DNA of 63,045 nucleotides, the filler included. It is 4 parts of 4 records of this genome, joined end to end, with 100 filler letters (N's around TTAATTAATTAA, not from the genome) between each part and the next. Parts side by side here need not be neighbours in the genome. Positions count along the whole stretch, not along the records: positions 1 to 16,850 come from SRR2962707_4847; positions 16,951 to 38,318 come from SRR2962707_4849; 2 more parts are not named here. The stretch is one strand, 5' to 3'. The stretch's first letter is position 1. Every line of letters starts with the position of its first letter. Made by a program: the position numbers and the translations under genes. The notes under the pieces were generated by a model that made no database searches, had not been told where the DNA came from, and was given only the letters and a program-made list of their open reading frames with translations. Below are positions 10,432-18,712 of this stretch, piece after piece.

Positions 10432-11862
10432 ATGAAGCCGCTTGTCGAAGAGCTGGAATGGAGCGCGCCGCACGAGCTCTTTCGCGGGCTGGCGGCGGAC
10501 CCATTCGCGTTGTTGTTCGATAGCGCGACCGCAGCGCCCGGCAAGGACGTGGGGCTCCACGGACGCTGGAGCTTTATCGCCTGCGATCCGTTCGACCGTC
10601 TGGTTCTGCGCGTGGAAGACGGCGCGCGGCCTTTCGATCTTCTGAAAGCGAAACTCTCAAACCTCCCCGCGATTGAAACGCGCGGCGGCATGCCGCCTTT
10701 TCCGGGCGGCGCGGCGGGCTTCTTCGGCTACGGGCTCGGACGCACGCTCGAAAGCCTTCCGCCGGAGAAGCGTCCCTTCGCCATCGACGACCAGCACCTG
10801 CCCGACATGGCGCTCGGCTTCTATGACACAGTGCTTGCCTTCGACATGACACAGAAGCGCGCCTTCATCGTTTCGACTGGGTTGCCGGAGCGCGACGCGG
10901 CCGCGGGAACGAAGAAGGCGAAGCGGCGAATGGCGAAATTCCGCGAGCGGCTTTCGTCGCTGGGGACACCCGCTGTACCGCACACCGCCGCACCGAACCC
11001 TCTTGCCTCGAACTTCACCCGCGAAGGCTATGAGCGCGCGGTCGCTCGCATTATCGACTACATCCATGCAGGCGACATCTTTCAGGCAAATCTCTCGCAG
11101 CGCTTCGAGACGGAACTGAAGGAAGGCGACGACGCTTATGCGCTTTATCTGCGCCTGCGCGCGGCGAGCCCGGCGCCCTTCTCCACCTTTTTCAATTTCG
11201 CCGAAGGCGCCATCGTCTCTTCCTCGCCCGAGCGCTTTCTTCTCTGCCGCAATGGCGAGGTGGAAACAAAACCGATCAAGGGCACGAGGCCGCGCGGATC
11301 GACACCTGAGGAAGACCGCCGTTTGGCGGATGAACTTCTGGCATCGGAAAAGGACCGCGCCGAGAACGTGATGATCGTGGATCTGTTGCGCAACGACATT
11401 TCGCGCGTCTGCGAGGATAACTCCGTCACCGTGGAGAAGCTCTGCGAACTGGAGAGCTTCGCCAATGTGCATCATCTCGTCTCGACGGTGCGCGGCACGC
11501 TGAAGCCGGACGCAAGCGCCGCCGATCTTCTGGCAGCCTGTTTCCCCGGCGGCTCGGTGACAGGCGCACCGAAGCGGCGCGCCATGGAAATCATCGCCGA
11601 ACTCGAACCGACAGCGCGCGGGCCCTATTGCGGCGCCATCGGTTATCTGGGCGCCGATGGCGGCATGGACAGCTCCATCGCAATCCGGACCATGGTGGTG
11701 AAAGACAATCGCGTCACATTTCAGGCAGGCGGCGGCATCGTCGCCGACTCCGAACCTGGCGCCGAATACGAGGAAACGCTCGCCAAGGCGCGCGACATGC
11801 GCCACGCGCTTTCCGGCGGCGAGACGACCAGCCCGGCGTTGCTCGAAGAGGAACGCGGATGA
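10432..11862 (+). CDS. pabB: Aminodeoxychorismate synthase component I
   Basis: GDIFQANLSQRF, SSSPERFL, TKPIKGTRPR, KDRAENVMIVDLLRND, FPGGSVTGAPK. Confidence 0.93.
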   Translation: MKPLVEELEWSAPHELFRGLAADPFALLFDSATAAPGKDVGLHGRWSFIACDPFDRLVLRVEDGARPFDLLKAKLSNLPAIETRGGMPPFPGGAAGFFGYGLGRTLESLPPEKRPFAIDDQHLPDMALGFYDTVLAFDMTQKRAFIVSTGLPERDAAAGTKKAKRRMAKFRERLSSLGTPAVPHTAAPNPLASNFTREGYERAVARIIDYIHAGDIFQANLSQRFETELKEGDDAYALYLRLRAASPAPFSTFFNFAEGAIVSSSPERFLLCRNGEVETKPIKGTRPRGSTPEEDRRLADELLASEKDRAENVMIVDLLRNDISRVCEDNSVTVEKLCELESFANVHHLVSTVRGTLKPDASAADLLAACFPGGSVTGAPKRRAMEIIAELEPTARGPYCGAIGYLGADGGMDSSIAIRTMVVKDNRVTFQAGGGIVADSEPGAEYEETLAKARDMRHALSGGETTSPALLEEERG

Positions 11863-12458
11863 TCCTCCTCATCGACAATTTCGACAGCTTCGTTCACAAC
11901 CTCGCGCGCTATGTCGGCGAACTGGGCTTCGAGCGCCGCACCATCCGCACCGATGAGATTTCCGTCGAAACCGCGCTAGCGTTGCAGCCGGAGGCAATCA
12001 TCCTCTCGCCCGGACCTTGCGGCCCCGACAAGGCGGGGATATCGGTGCCGCTGGTGAAGGAAGCCGCCGCGCGGGGCATTCCGCTACTCGGCGTTTGCCT
12101 CGGTCATCAGGCAATCGCGGCGGCTTTTGGCGGCCGCATTATCCGCGCGCCGAAGCCGGTGCATGGCAAGCCCTCGCTCATCCATCACGAAGGCAGCGAT
12201 ATTTTCGTGGGCCTGCCGAGTCCTTTTACCGCCGGGCGCTATCATTCGCTGATCGCCGACCTACCGGAAGGCGGGCCGCTGCACGTGACCGCACGGACGC
12301 AAGACGGCGTGCCGATGGCGCTCGCCCATGAAAGCCTGCCCGTCTTCGGCGTCCAGTTTCACCCGGAATCCGTTCTGACCGAACATGGCTACGACCTGCT
12401 CGCGAATTTCCTGGAGCTCGCGGGCGCCAAGCCACTGCTGGAGAAAGTGAGCGCATGA
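11859..12458 (+). CDS. pabA: Aminodeoxychorismate/anthranilate synthase component II (glutamine amidotransferase)
   Basis: MILLIDNFDSFVHNL, SPGPC, GVCLGHQ, RYHSL, GVQFHPES; ATGA overlap with pabB. Confidence 0.93.
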   Translation: MILLIDNFDSFVHNLARYVGELGFERRTIRTDEISVETALALQPEAIILSPGPCGPDKAGISVPLVKEAAARGIPLLGVCLGHQAIAAAFGGRIIRAPKPVHGKPSLIHHEGSDIFVGLPSPFTAGRYHSLIADLPEGGPLHVTARTQDGVPMALAHESLPVFGVQFHPESVLTEHGYDLLANFLELAGAKPLLEKVSA

Positions 12459-13294
12459 AGGTTTGGCTCAACGGTTCGCTTGCCGATGCAGGAGAAGCGC
12501 GGATCAATCCCGCCGACCGGGGCTTCCTGCTCGGCGACGGGCTTTTCGAAACCATGCTGGTGCTGAAAGGACATGTCGTCTTCTTCGAGGAGCACTTGCT
12601 GAGATTGATGCAAGGCGCAGAAACGATCGGTCTCGCCTCCCCCTACGCGCCGGAGAAGCTTGCCCGAGCCTGCCGCGAACTTCTCCGTACGAACGGGCTT
12701 CACGAAGCGGGGCGCGCCTCTCTCCGCCTGACGCTCACGCGCGGACCGGGCCCGCGCGGGCTTGCCCTGCCCCCCGAGCAGGAACCCACGGTGCTGATTG
12801 GAGCTGGCCCGGCTGCGGCGCCGCCCGAGCATCTTTCCGCCGCGATAGTATCGCCGCGCCGCAATCCCTGGTCACCCACGGCGCGGCTCAAGGCATTGCC
12901 CTATCTCGACAATGTGCTGGCGAAAGAGGAGGCGCGCGAAAAGGGCGCGGATGAGGCGCTGATGCTCGACACGGGTGGCCACGTCGCCTGCGCGAGCGCC
13001 GCCAATCTTTTCATCTGGGAGGGAGACCTGCTCGTAACGCCGCCCGCAAACGGCGCGATCCTGCCCGGCATCACGCGCGCCGCCGTGCTGGAGCTTGCGC
13101 CCGGTATCGGCGTCGAGGCGAGAGAGGAAGAAATAACGCCTGCGCGGCTTTCCTGCGCAAGCGGCGCGTTTGTCACCAACAGCCTGATGGGGCTTGTGCC
13201 GCTTTCGCGGATCGACGGGCGGGAAATACCTGCCTGTCCGACGACCGCCCGCCTCGCCGCGGCATACGAGCTTTTGCTCGACGCCGCGGCATAG
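12455..13294 (+). CDS. pabC: Class IV PLP aminotransferase / aminodeoxychorismate lyase
   Basis: DRGFLLGDGLFETM, EHLLRL, ILPGITR, FVTNSLMG; ATGA overlap with pabA. Confidence 0.8.
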   Translation: MKVWLNGSLADAGEARINPADRGFLLGDGLFETMLVLKGHVVFFEEHLLRLMQGAETIGLASPYAPEKLARACRELLRTNGLHEAGRASLRLTLTRGPGPRGLALPPEQEPTVLIGAGPAAAPPEHLSAAIVSPRRNPWSPTARLKALPYLDNVLAKEEAREKGADEALMLDTGGHVACASAANLFIWEGDLLVTPPANGAILPGITRAAVLELAPGIGVEAREEEITPARLSCASGAFVTNSLMGLVPLSRIDGREIPACPTTARLAAAYELLLDAAA

Positions 13295-13306
13295 GACGAG
13301 CGAGCC

Positions 13307-13699
13307 TTATTCGCCGACGGTGAAGTCGCGCCGCGCCGCGGTGATCGTCACGGTGAACCCGGCCACGACATCGAACAGCGCCAGCATGACCAGCACAAAG
13401 AATGTCGAGGTGCCGAACTGCGGCAGCACGATGAATTGCACCAGCGCGATCAGCAGCACGAGCATGGACAGCGCGTGATTGACGATGGTCGACGCGCCTG
13501 TCTGCGTGGAATTGACGAGTTCAAGAAAGAGCAGGATCAATCCAAAAAACAGGATGAGATCGCCGATGGTGATCGTCCACATCGCACCCGAGATGAGAGT
13601 GAGGGTGGTGATCTGGGAGTCCATCGTCAGGCCGGTCAGGTAGACGATGATGTTGTAGGCAATGATGACGACTGCCATCAGCGGCAACGTGCCAAACAT
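13307..13699 (-). CDS. Small multi-TM hypothetical membrane protein
   Basis: Four hydrophobic segments, GAGG RBS, ends AGFTVTITAARRDF. Confidence 0.75.
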   Translation of the reverse strand: MFGTLPLMAVVIIAYNIIVYLTGLTMDSQITTLTLISGAMWTITIGDLILFFGLILLFLELVNSTQTGASTIVNHALSMLVLLIALVQFIVLPQFGTSTFFVLVMLALFDVVAGFTVTITAARRDFTVGE

Positions 13700-13833
13700 A
13701 TCAAAATCCTCTTTTTGCCCCGCAAACGCGCTTGTTGTGTTTCACTCTAGCACAGTTTCGGCACCATAACCCGCCCTTGGCTGCCGAATTCCGTCATGAT
13801 GTGATCACGGTTAACAGGGAGCACGAGGACAAG

Positions 13834-14919
13834 ATGAGCGGTGCAGCGCAGTATTTTTCGCAATCCTACGACGACGCGCGGCGCCGTTTTCTGGAGGTCG
13901 CGAAGGCGGCCGACGTTGCCGTTAACCATCACGTTCATCCCTTGACCGGACCCGGCGGCGGGACGCTCGCGACCGATGTGGCGCGGGTCGGACCGCGCGA
14001 TGCGAAACGGATACTCGGCATCGGTTCCGGCACGCATGGCGTGGAGGGATATTGCGGCTCGGGTGTTCAGACCACGATGCTGACGGAGGGCTTCGGGAAG
14101 GACTTGCCGCCCGATACCGCAATCGTCTTCATCCACGCGATCAATCCTTACGGCTTCGCGTGGAACCGGCGCGTCAACGAGGACAATGTCGACCTCAACC
14201 GGAACTTTCTCGACCACTCGAAACCGCATCCTGAAAACCCCGGCTATGAAGAACTCGCCGATGCGATCAACCCGCGCGACCTTTCGCCGGAAGCGATGGC
14301 GGAGAGCCGCGCGCTGCTGAAAGCCTATGCGGACAAGCATGGCGCGGCGGCGATGCAGCACGCGCTCAGCGCAGGTCAGTACACGCATCCAGAAGGCGTC
14401 CAGTTCGGCGGCCGCGAACCGGTCTGGTCGAACCGCACACTGCGCAAGATCATCGCAGAGGAGATGGCGGGCGCGGAGCGTGTGGTCTTTGTCGACGTCC
14501 ACACCGGCCTTGGTGAGCGCGGACGCGGCGAAATGATCTGCGTCGAACCGGAAACGAGCGGCGCTTACGAAAGAATGCGCCGCTGGTGGGGTCCGATCGT
14601 GCATTCGACAGTCGGCGGCGCGTCTGTCTCCTCCAATGTGCCAGGCTCGATCCCGGTCTGCTTCGCGGACGAACTGAAGGGCTGCGAAGTGACGGCGGGC
14701 GGGCTCGAATTCGGCACCGTGCCGATCCGCGAGGTGACGGTGGCCCTGCAATCGGACAACTGGCTGCACCAGAACGGCGGCGCGGCGAACCCGAAAGCCG
14801 CCGAAATCGGCCAGCTCATCCGCGACGCCTTCTACATTGATGCAGACGACTGGAAGGAGATGGTGACAGCGCAGACACGCGACGTGTGCAGCGCCGCGCT
14901 GCAGGGCTTGCAGGACTGA
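13834..14919 (+). CDS. M14-like metallocarboxypeptidase (DUF2817 family)
   Basis: FSQSYDDARRRF, SGTHGVEG (HxxE), HAINPYGF, RRVNEDNVDLNRNF, DVHTGLG, EFGT. Confidence 0.85.
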   Translation: MSGAAQYFSQSYDDARRRFLEVAKAADVAVNHHVHPLTGPGGGTLATDVARVGPRDAKRILGIGSGTHGVEGYCGSGVQTTMLTEGFGKDLPPDTAIVFIHAINPYGFAWNRRVNEDNVDLNRNFLDHSKPHPENPGYEELADAINPRDLSPEAMAESRALLKAYADKHGAAAMQHALSAGQYTHPEGVQFGGREPVWSNRTLRKIIAEEMAGAERVVFVDVHTGLGERGRGEMICVEPETSGAYERMRRWWGPIVHSTVGGASVSSNVPGSIPVCFADELKGCEVTAGGLEFGTVPIREVTVALQSDNWLHQNGGAANPKAAEIGQLIRDAFYIDADDWKEMVTAQTRDVCSAALQGLQD

Positions 14920-14923
14920 CCGC

Positions 14924-14964
14924 AAAAAAGAAAACGCCGCCCCGAAGGACGGCGTTTTCAAAAA
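14924..14964. terminator. Bidirectional intrinsic terminator
   Basis: GAAAACGCCG-10 nt-CGGCGTTTTC stem flanked by A tracts, between convergent genes. Confidence 0.8.
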
Positions 14965-14984
14965 TCTGCAAAGCTGCGGAGAGC

Positions 14985-15167
14985 TTACTCGCCCTTCGGC
15001 TTCAGGATCTGCTTGCCGCGATACATGCCGCTCTTCAGGTCCACGTGATGGGGACGGTGAAGCTCACCCGAATCCGGGTTCTCGACATAGGCCGGCTGCT
15101 TCAGCGCATCGGCCGAACGGCGCATGCCGCGCTTAGACGGGGTGGTTTTCCTCTTTGGGACGGCCAT
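14985..15167 (-). CDS. rpmF: 50S ribosomal protein L32 (Cys-less alphaproteobacterial type)
   Basis: [22 protein letters not shown]...[22 protein letters not shown]. Confidence 0.97.
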   Translation of the reverse strand: MAVPKRKTTPSKRGMRRSADALKQPAYVENPDSGELHRPHHVDLKSGMYRGKQILKPKGE

Positions 15168-15357
15168 GGGCTTCGCTCCGATTGCTCCGCGAGCGGCCCG
15201 CCGTTGCGGACGCCTGCCCTCGCGAAAAAGGCTTTGAAAACAGAATCTTGGCCCAGACCGGCTCCGCCTGAAAGACGCGCCGGACGGCCTTTGGCGGGCC
15301 TTATACAGTGAAACCGGACAAAAAGTCCACAAGGACCGGGCGACAAGCCCGAAATCG

Positions 15358-15984
15358 CTAGTTGAGCGCCACGACGGCGCATTCGTCCGCCGGAATGGCG
15401 GCGCGGGCGCAGGCGGCACGGGCGCTCCCCTCGCTGGCGAAGGGACCCATGCGGACGCGGTGGACTTCATCGCCCGAAACGCGCGCGGTGTCGATGGCGA
15501 CGCGCTCGCTGCCTTTGAGGTCCGGTTCGCGGCCGAGAATGTCGAAATAGCGGCGGCTGGCGCGGTCGATGGTCGAATAGGAGCCAAGCTGCGCGTAGTA
15601 GCGGCCATTGGGCGCGGCAAGCGACGCGACCTGCACGGAGCCGCCCGTACGGCCCGGACGGGCCAGCGGACGCGGCGCGGTGGCCGCGATGGACCCCGTG
15701 ACGAGATCGGCATAGGGATCCGACCAGGAAGCGTATTGAAGCTGGGGCTGCCGTTGACGATAAGGGCGCGCGGTGGGCAGCGGCGCGACGGCGGGAACCT
15801 CGATGGCCTTCTCGACCAGGCGGGTCATGCCGCCACGGTCATAGACCCTTGTCTCTTGCCGCTGCTGCGGCCCGGTATCGACGAGCCCGCGCTCCTTCTG
15901 AACCACGAAAAGCCCAATCAGAACGGCACCGAGCACCAGCCAGAAGCGGTCGCGCTGAATCCTGTCGAACATGGAAGCCCCCAT
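15358..15984 (-). CDS. Membrane-anchored SPOR-domain protein
   Basis: N-terminal TM, Pro-rich linker, C-terminal YYAQLGSYS...[18 protein letters not shown]...C SPOR pattern. Confidence 0.85.
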   Translation of the reverse strand: MGASMFDRIQRDRFWLVLGAVLIGLFVVQKERGLVDTGPQQRQETRVYDRGGMTRLVEKAIEVPAVAPLPTARPYRQRQPQLQYASWSDPYADLVTGSIAATAPRPLARPGRTGGSVQVASLAAPNGRYYAQLGSYSTIDRASRRYFDILGREPDLKGSERVAIDTARVSGDEVHRVRMGPFASEGSARAACARAAIPADECAVVALN

Positions 15985-16030
15985 CCATTCCAGCCGCCCG
16001 AAGCGGCGACGGATGAGAGACTCGCGCCAT

Positions 16031-16049
16031 ATGGTTAACTCACACTTAA
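16031..16049 (-). promoter_or_regulatory. CtrA binding site
   Basis: Minus strand reads TTAA-GTGTGAG-TTAACCAT, i.e. TTAA-N7-TTAAC, about 50 nt upstream of the SPOR gene. Confidence 0.7.
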
Positions 16050-16114
16050 ATTGCCCCGAACTGAGACAATTTATCGCCGGTCCAAAAAAAGAATAAGCAA
16101 AATCAAAGGCTTAT

Positions 16115-16850
16115 TTAGGCTGCCAGAACGCTTGCCGCCTCGCGATAGGCAACACCCAGCGCATCGGAGACCGCCCGGTAGGTGAGTTGCCCCTTGTAGA
16201 CGTTGAGACCGGCGAGGAGATGCGGATTGTCGAGCATGGCCTGTTTGTAGCCCTTGTCCGCGAGAGCGAGCGTGAAGGGCAGCGTGGCGTTGTTGAGCGC
16301 GAAGGTGGAGGTGCGCGCGACGGCGCCCGGCATGTTCGCGACGCAGTAGTGAACGACGTCGTGCATCACATAGGTTGGGTCCGCATGCGTGGTCGCATGC
16401 GAGGTCGCAAAACAGCCGCCCTGATCGATGGCGATATCGACCAGCACCGAACCCTTCTTCATTTGTTTGACGAGGGTCTCGCTGACGAGCTTCGGCGCGG
16501 CGGCGCCGGGCACCAGCACGGCACCGACGACGAGGTCCGCGCCCCGCACATGCTCCTCGATCGCATCGACCGTCGAATAGATCGTGTTGAGGCTCGCGCC
16601 GAAGCGCGTGTCGAGTTCGTAGAGACGGTGGAGATTGAGGTCGATGACGGTGACATGCGCTTCGAGGCCCATCGCCATGCGCGCGGCATTGGTGCCGGAA
16701 ACGCCGCCGCCGAGAATGACGACCTTGGAGGCAGGCACGCCCGGCACGCCGCCCAGCAGCATGCCGCGGCCGCCTTGCGCAATCTCGAGACAATGCGCGC
16801 CCGCCTGGATCGACATGCGGCCCGCGACTTCCGACATCGGCGCGAGCAGC
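16115..16850 (-). CDS. ald: Alanine dehydrogenase, 5' truncated at contig end
   Basis: [61 protein letters not shown]. Confidence 0.96.
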
Positions 16851-16950
16851 NNNNNNNNNNNNNNNNNNNNNNNNNNNNNNNNNNNNNNNNNNNNTTAATT
16901 AATTAANNNNNNNNNNNNNNNNNNNNNNNNNNNNNNNNNNNNNNNNNNNN
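16851..16950. other. Artificial contig-join spacer
   Basis: 44 N + TTAATTAATTAA (stops in all frames) + 44 N. Confidence 0.99.
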
Positions 16951-17728
16951 GGGCTGGCACATCGAATGCTCGGCGATGATTCACAAGCATCTGGGCGACG
17001 TCATCGACATCCATGGCGGCGGCCAGGACCTGATCTTCCCCCACCATGAAAACGAGATCGCCCAGGGCTGCTGCGCCCACGGCACAGACTACGTCCGTTA
17101 CTGGATGCACAACGGCTACATCAACATCGATGGCGAGAAAATGTCCAAATCCCTGGGCAATTTCCGTCTGGTCCGCGAGTTATTGAAGGAATACCCCGGC
17201 GAGGTGCTGCGTTTCGCGCTGCTCTCCAGCCACTACCGCTCACCGCTGAACTTCTCCGCCGAAGTGCTGGATCAGGCCGGCAAAAGCCTGGACGGCCTCT
17301 ATTACGCCCTGCTGGGACGCGGCGAACAGGTCGAGCCCGATGCCGGCTACCGTCTGCCGGAGGACCACCCGGTGCTGCTGGCTCTGCGCGACGATCTCAA
17401 TACCGCCGAGGCGATCAGCGCCCTGCACGCGGTGGCGGCGAAGCTGAACAAGGCGGAGCTGCCGGAAAAACCGGCGATCAAAGCCGAGTTGCTGGCCGGC
17501 GCCGGACTGTTGGGGCTACTTGAATCCGATCCGGTGGCCTGGTTCCAGAACCAGGGCAGCGCCGATGACGGTCTCGCCAACGACGAGATCGACACCCTGG
17601 TGGCGGAGCGCACCGCGGCCAAGAAAGCCCGCGATTTCGCCCGTGCCGACCAGATCCGCGACCAGCTCAAGGACGCCGGCATCCAACTGGAGGACACCCG
17701 CGAGGGCACTCGCTGGAGCCGGGACTAG
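16951..17728 (+). CDS. cysS: Cysteine--tRNA ligase, 5' truncated
   Basis: [37 protein letters not shown], anticodon domain [14 protein letters not shown]. Confidence 0.97.
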
Positions 17729-17742
17729 GGGTTGACACGCTG

Positions 17743-17882
17743 ACACGCAACACGCTTGCACGCTAAACCCCTGGCTCTGAAACCGTGGTGTGTTTCCTGT
17801 CCTCTGTCAGGAAACACACCATTCCCCTCCGCCACGGGTTTAGCGTGCAAGCGTGTTGCGTGTTGCGTGTTGCGTGTTGCGT
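17743..17882. repeat. Nested inverted-repeat element with (GCGTGTT)x4 tail
   Basis: 28-bp perfect IR 17743-17770 / 17836-17863, inner 14-bp perfect IR 17786-17799 / 17808-17821, and a 7-mer tandem array at 17851-17878. Confidence 0.85.
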
Positions 17883-17962
17883 TCTGCATGTTGCCGCCAA
17901 ATGACAGACAAATGTCATCTTCCTCGGGTATGCTGGCGGGATTCTGATTGGGAGTCGCCACC

Positions 17963-18277
17963 GTGAAACGGGTTTTACTGGCCAGCCTGCGTTTCTACCA
18001 GGGCTATTTAAGCCCCTGGCTGGGCAATCAGTGCCGTTTCTATCCCACTTGCTCCGAGTACGCGCGCCAGGCGGTGGAGCACCATGGTGCCTTGCGCGGC
18101 AGCGCCCTGGCGGCGCGCCGCCTGTGCAAATGCCATCCCTGGCATCCCGGTGGCTTCGATCCGGTGCCGGGCCAGCCGCACCCGCTGCACGGCGACGCGC
18201 AGCATGATACCCCCCAGCAAAATGGCCCCAACACTCATGGCCCCAAAACCCACGGAAAGGACCATGCGTCCCCGTAG
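17963..18277 (+). CDS. yidD: Membrane protein insertion efficiency factor YidD, with His-rich C-terminal tail
   Basis: [51 protein letters not shown] before the GTG at 17963. Confidence 0.9.
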   Translation: MKRVLLASLRFYQGYLSPWLGNQCRFYPTCSEYARQAVEHHGALRGSALAARRLCKCHPWHPGGFDPVPGQPHPLHGDAQHDTPQQNGPNTHGPKTHGKDHASP

Positions 18278-18593
18278 CTACAGGGCCTTCCCGGTTCGCC
18301 TCCTGCTACTTTCCCTGCTGTTGATCGCCGGGCAGTGGCAGATGGCGTGGCACAGCACCGAGCATTTGCCGACCGCCACGTCCCTGGCCGGCGGCACTCC
18401 CGACAATGACGGCACCGCCGTCGCCCCCCATTGCCAGCACTGCGCGCCGGTACAGATTGCCGTGCCGCCCGCCACGCTGGTTCAGCATAACCCTCCGGCG
18501 GAGCCATTCTGGCGCCCGCTGGCGCAAAACCGTGGCCATACCCAGGCCGGTCTGCGCGCCTACCTTTCCCGCGCCCCACCTCTGTCCGCCTGA
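18264..18593 (+). CDS. DUF2946/CruR-like leader: signal/TM segment, HCQHC metal motif, C-terminal RAPP putative ribosome-arrest motif
   Basis: [23 protein letters not shown]...WHSTEH...HCQHC...[10 protein letters not shown], 109 aa; AAGGA RBS; directly upstream of a TonB-dependent receptor. Confidence 0.8.
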   Translation: MRPRSYRAFPVRLLLLSLLLIAGQWQMAWHSTEHLPTATSLAGGTPDNDGTAVAPHCQHCAPVQIAVPPATLVQHNPPAEPFWRPLAQNRGHTQAGLRAYLSRAPPLSA

Positions 18594-18642
18594 TCTCCGA
18601 TTTCGCCGCCGCCTCAAGCGGTTCGGGTTTCGATAGCGCTTT

Positions 18643-18657
18643 TGTTATGATATAACA
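18643..18657 (+). promoter_or_regulatory. Zur box overlapping an extended -10 element
   Basis: Perfect TGTTAT-GAT-ATAACA palindrome (proteobacterial Zur core); contains TGnTATGAT; 55 nt before a His-rich TBDT. Confidence 0.8.
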
Positions 18658-18712
18658 TTCGCAGCTTGCCAAGGCATGCTCCGCGTGCCTGTTCGATAGA
18701 GGAAAAGAGTCC

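Noticed and set aside
14985-15167. Cys-less L32 as part of a zinc-starvation response
   Set aside because: This is the normal form in Alphaproteobacteria, and it is on a different contig from the Zur locus.
14985-15713. 242-aa N-terminally extended L32
   Set aside because: The real rpmF starts at 15167; the extension overlaps the SPOR gene in another frame.
16895-16906. TTAATTAATTAA palindrome repeated three times in the window, and ORFs ending in LIN
   Set aside because: Artificial linker within N spacers, not biological.
17743-17882. Possible CRISPR array or tRNA
   Set aside because: The repeats are inverted or 7-bp tandem with no unique spacers; no cas genes and no cloverleaf.
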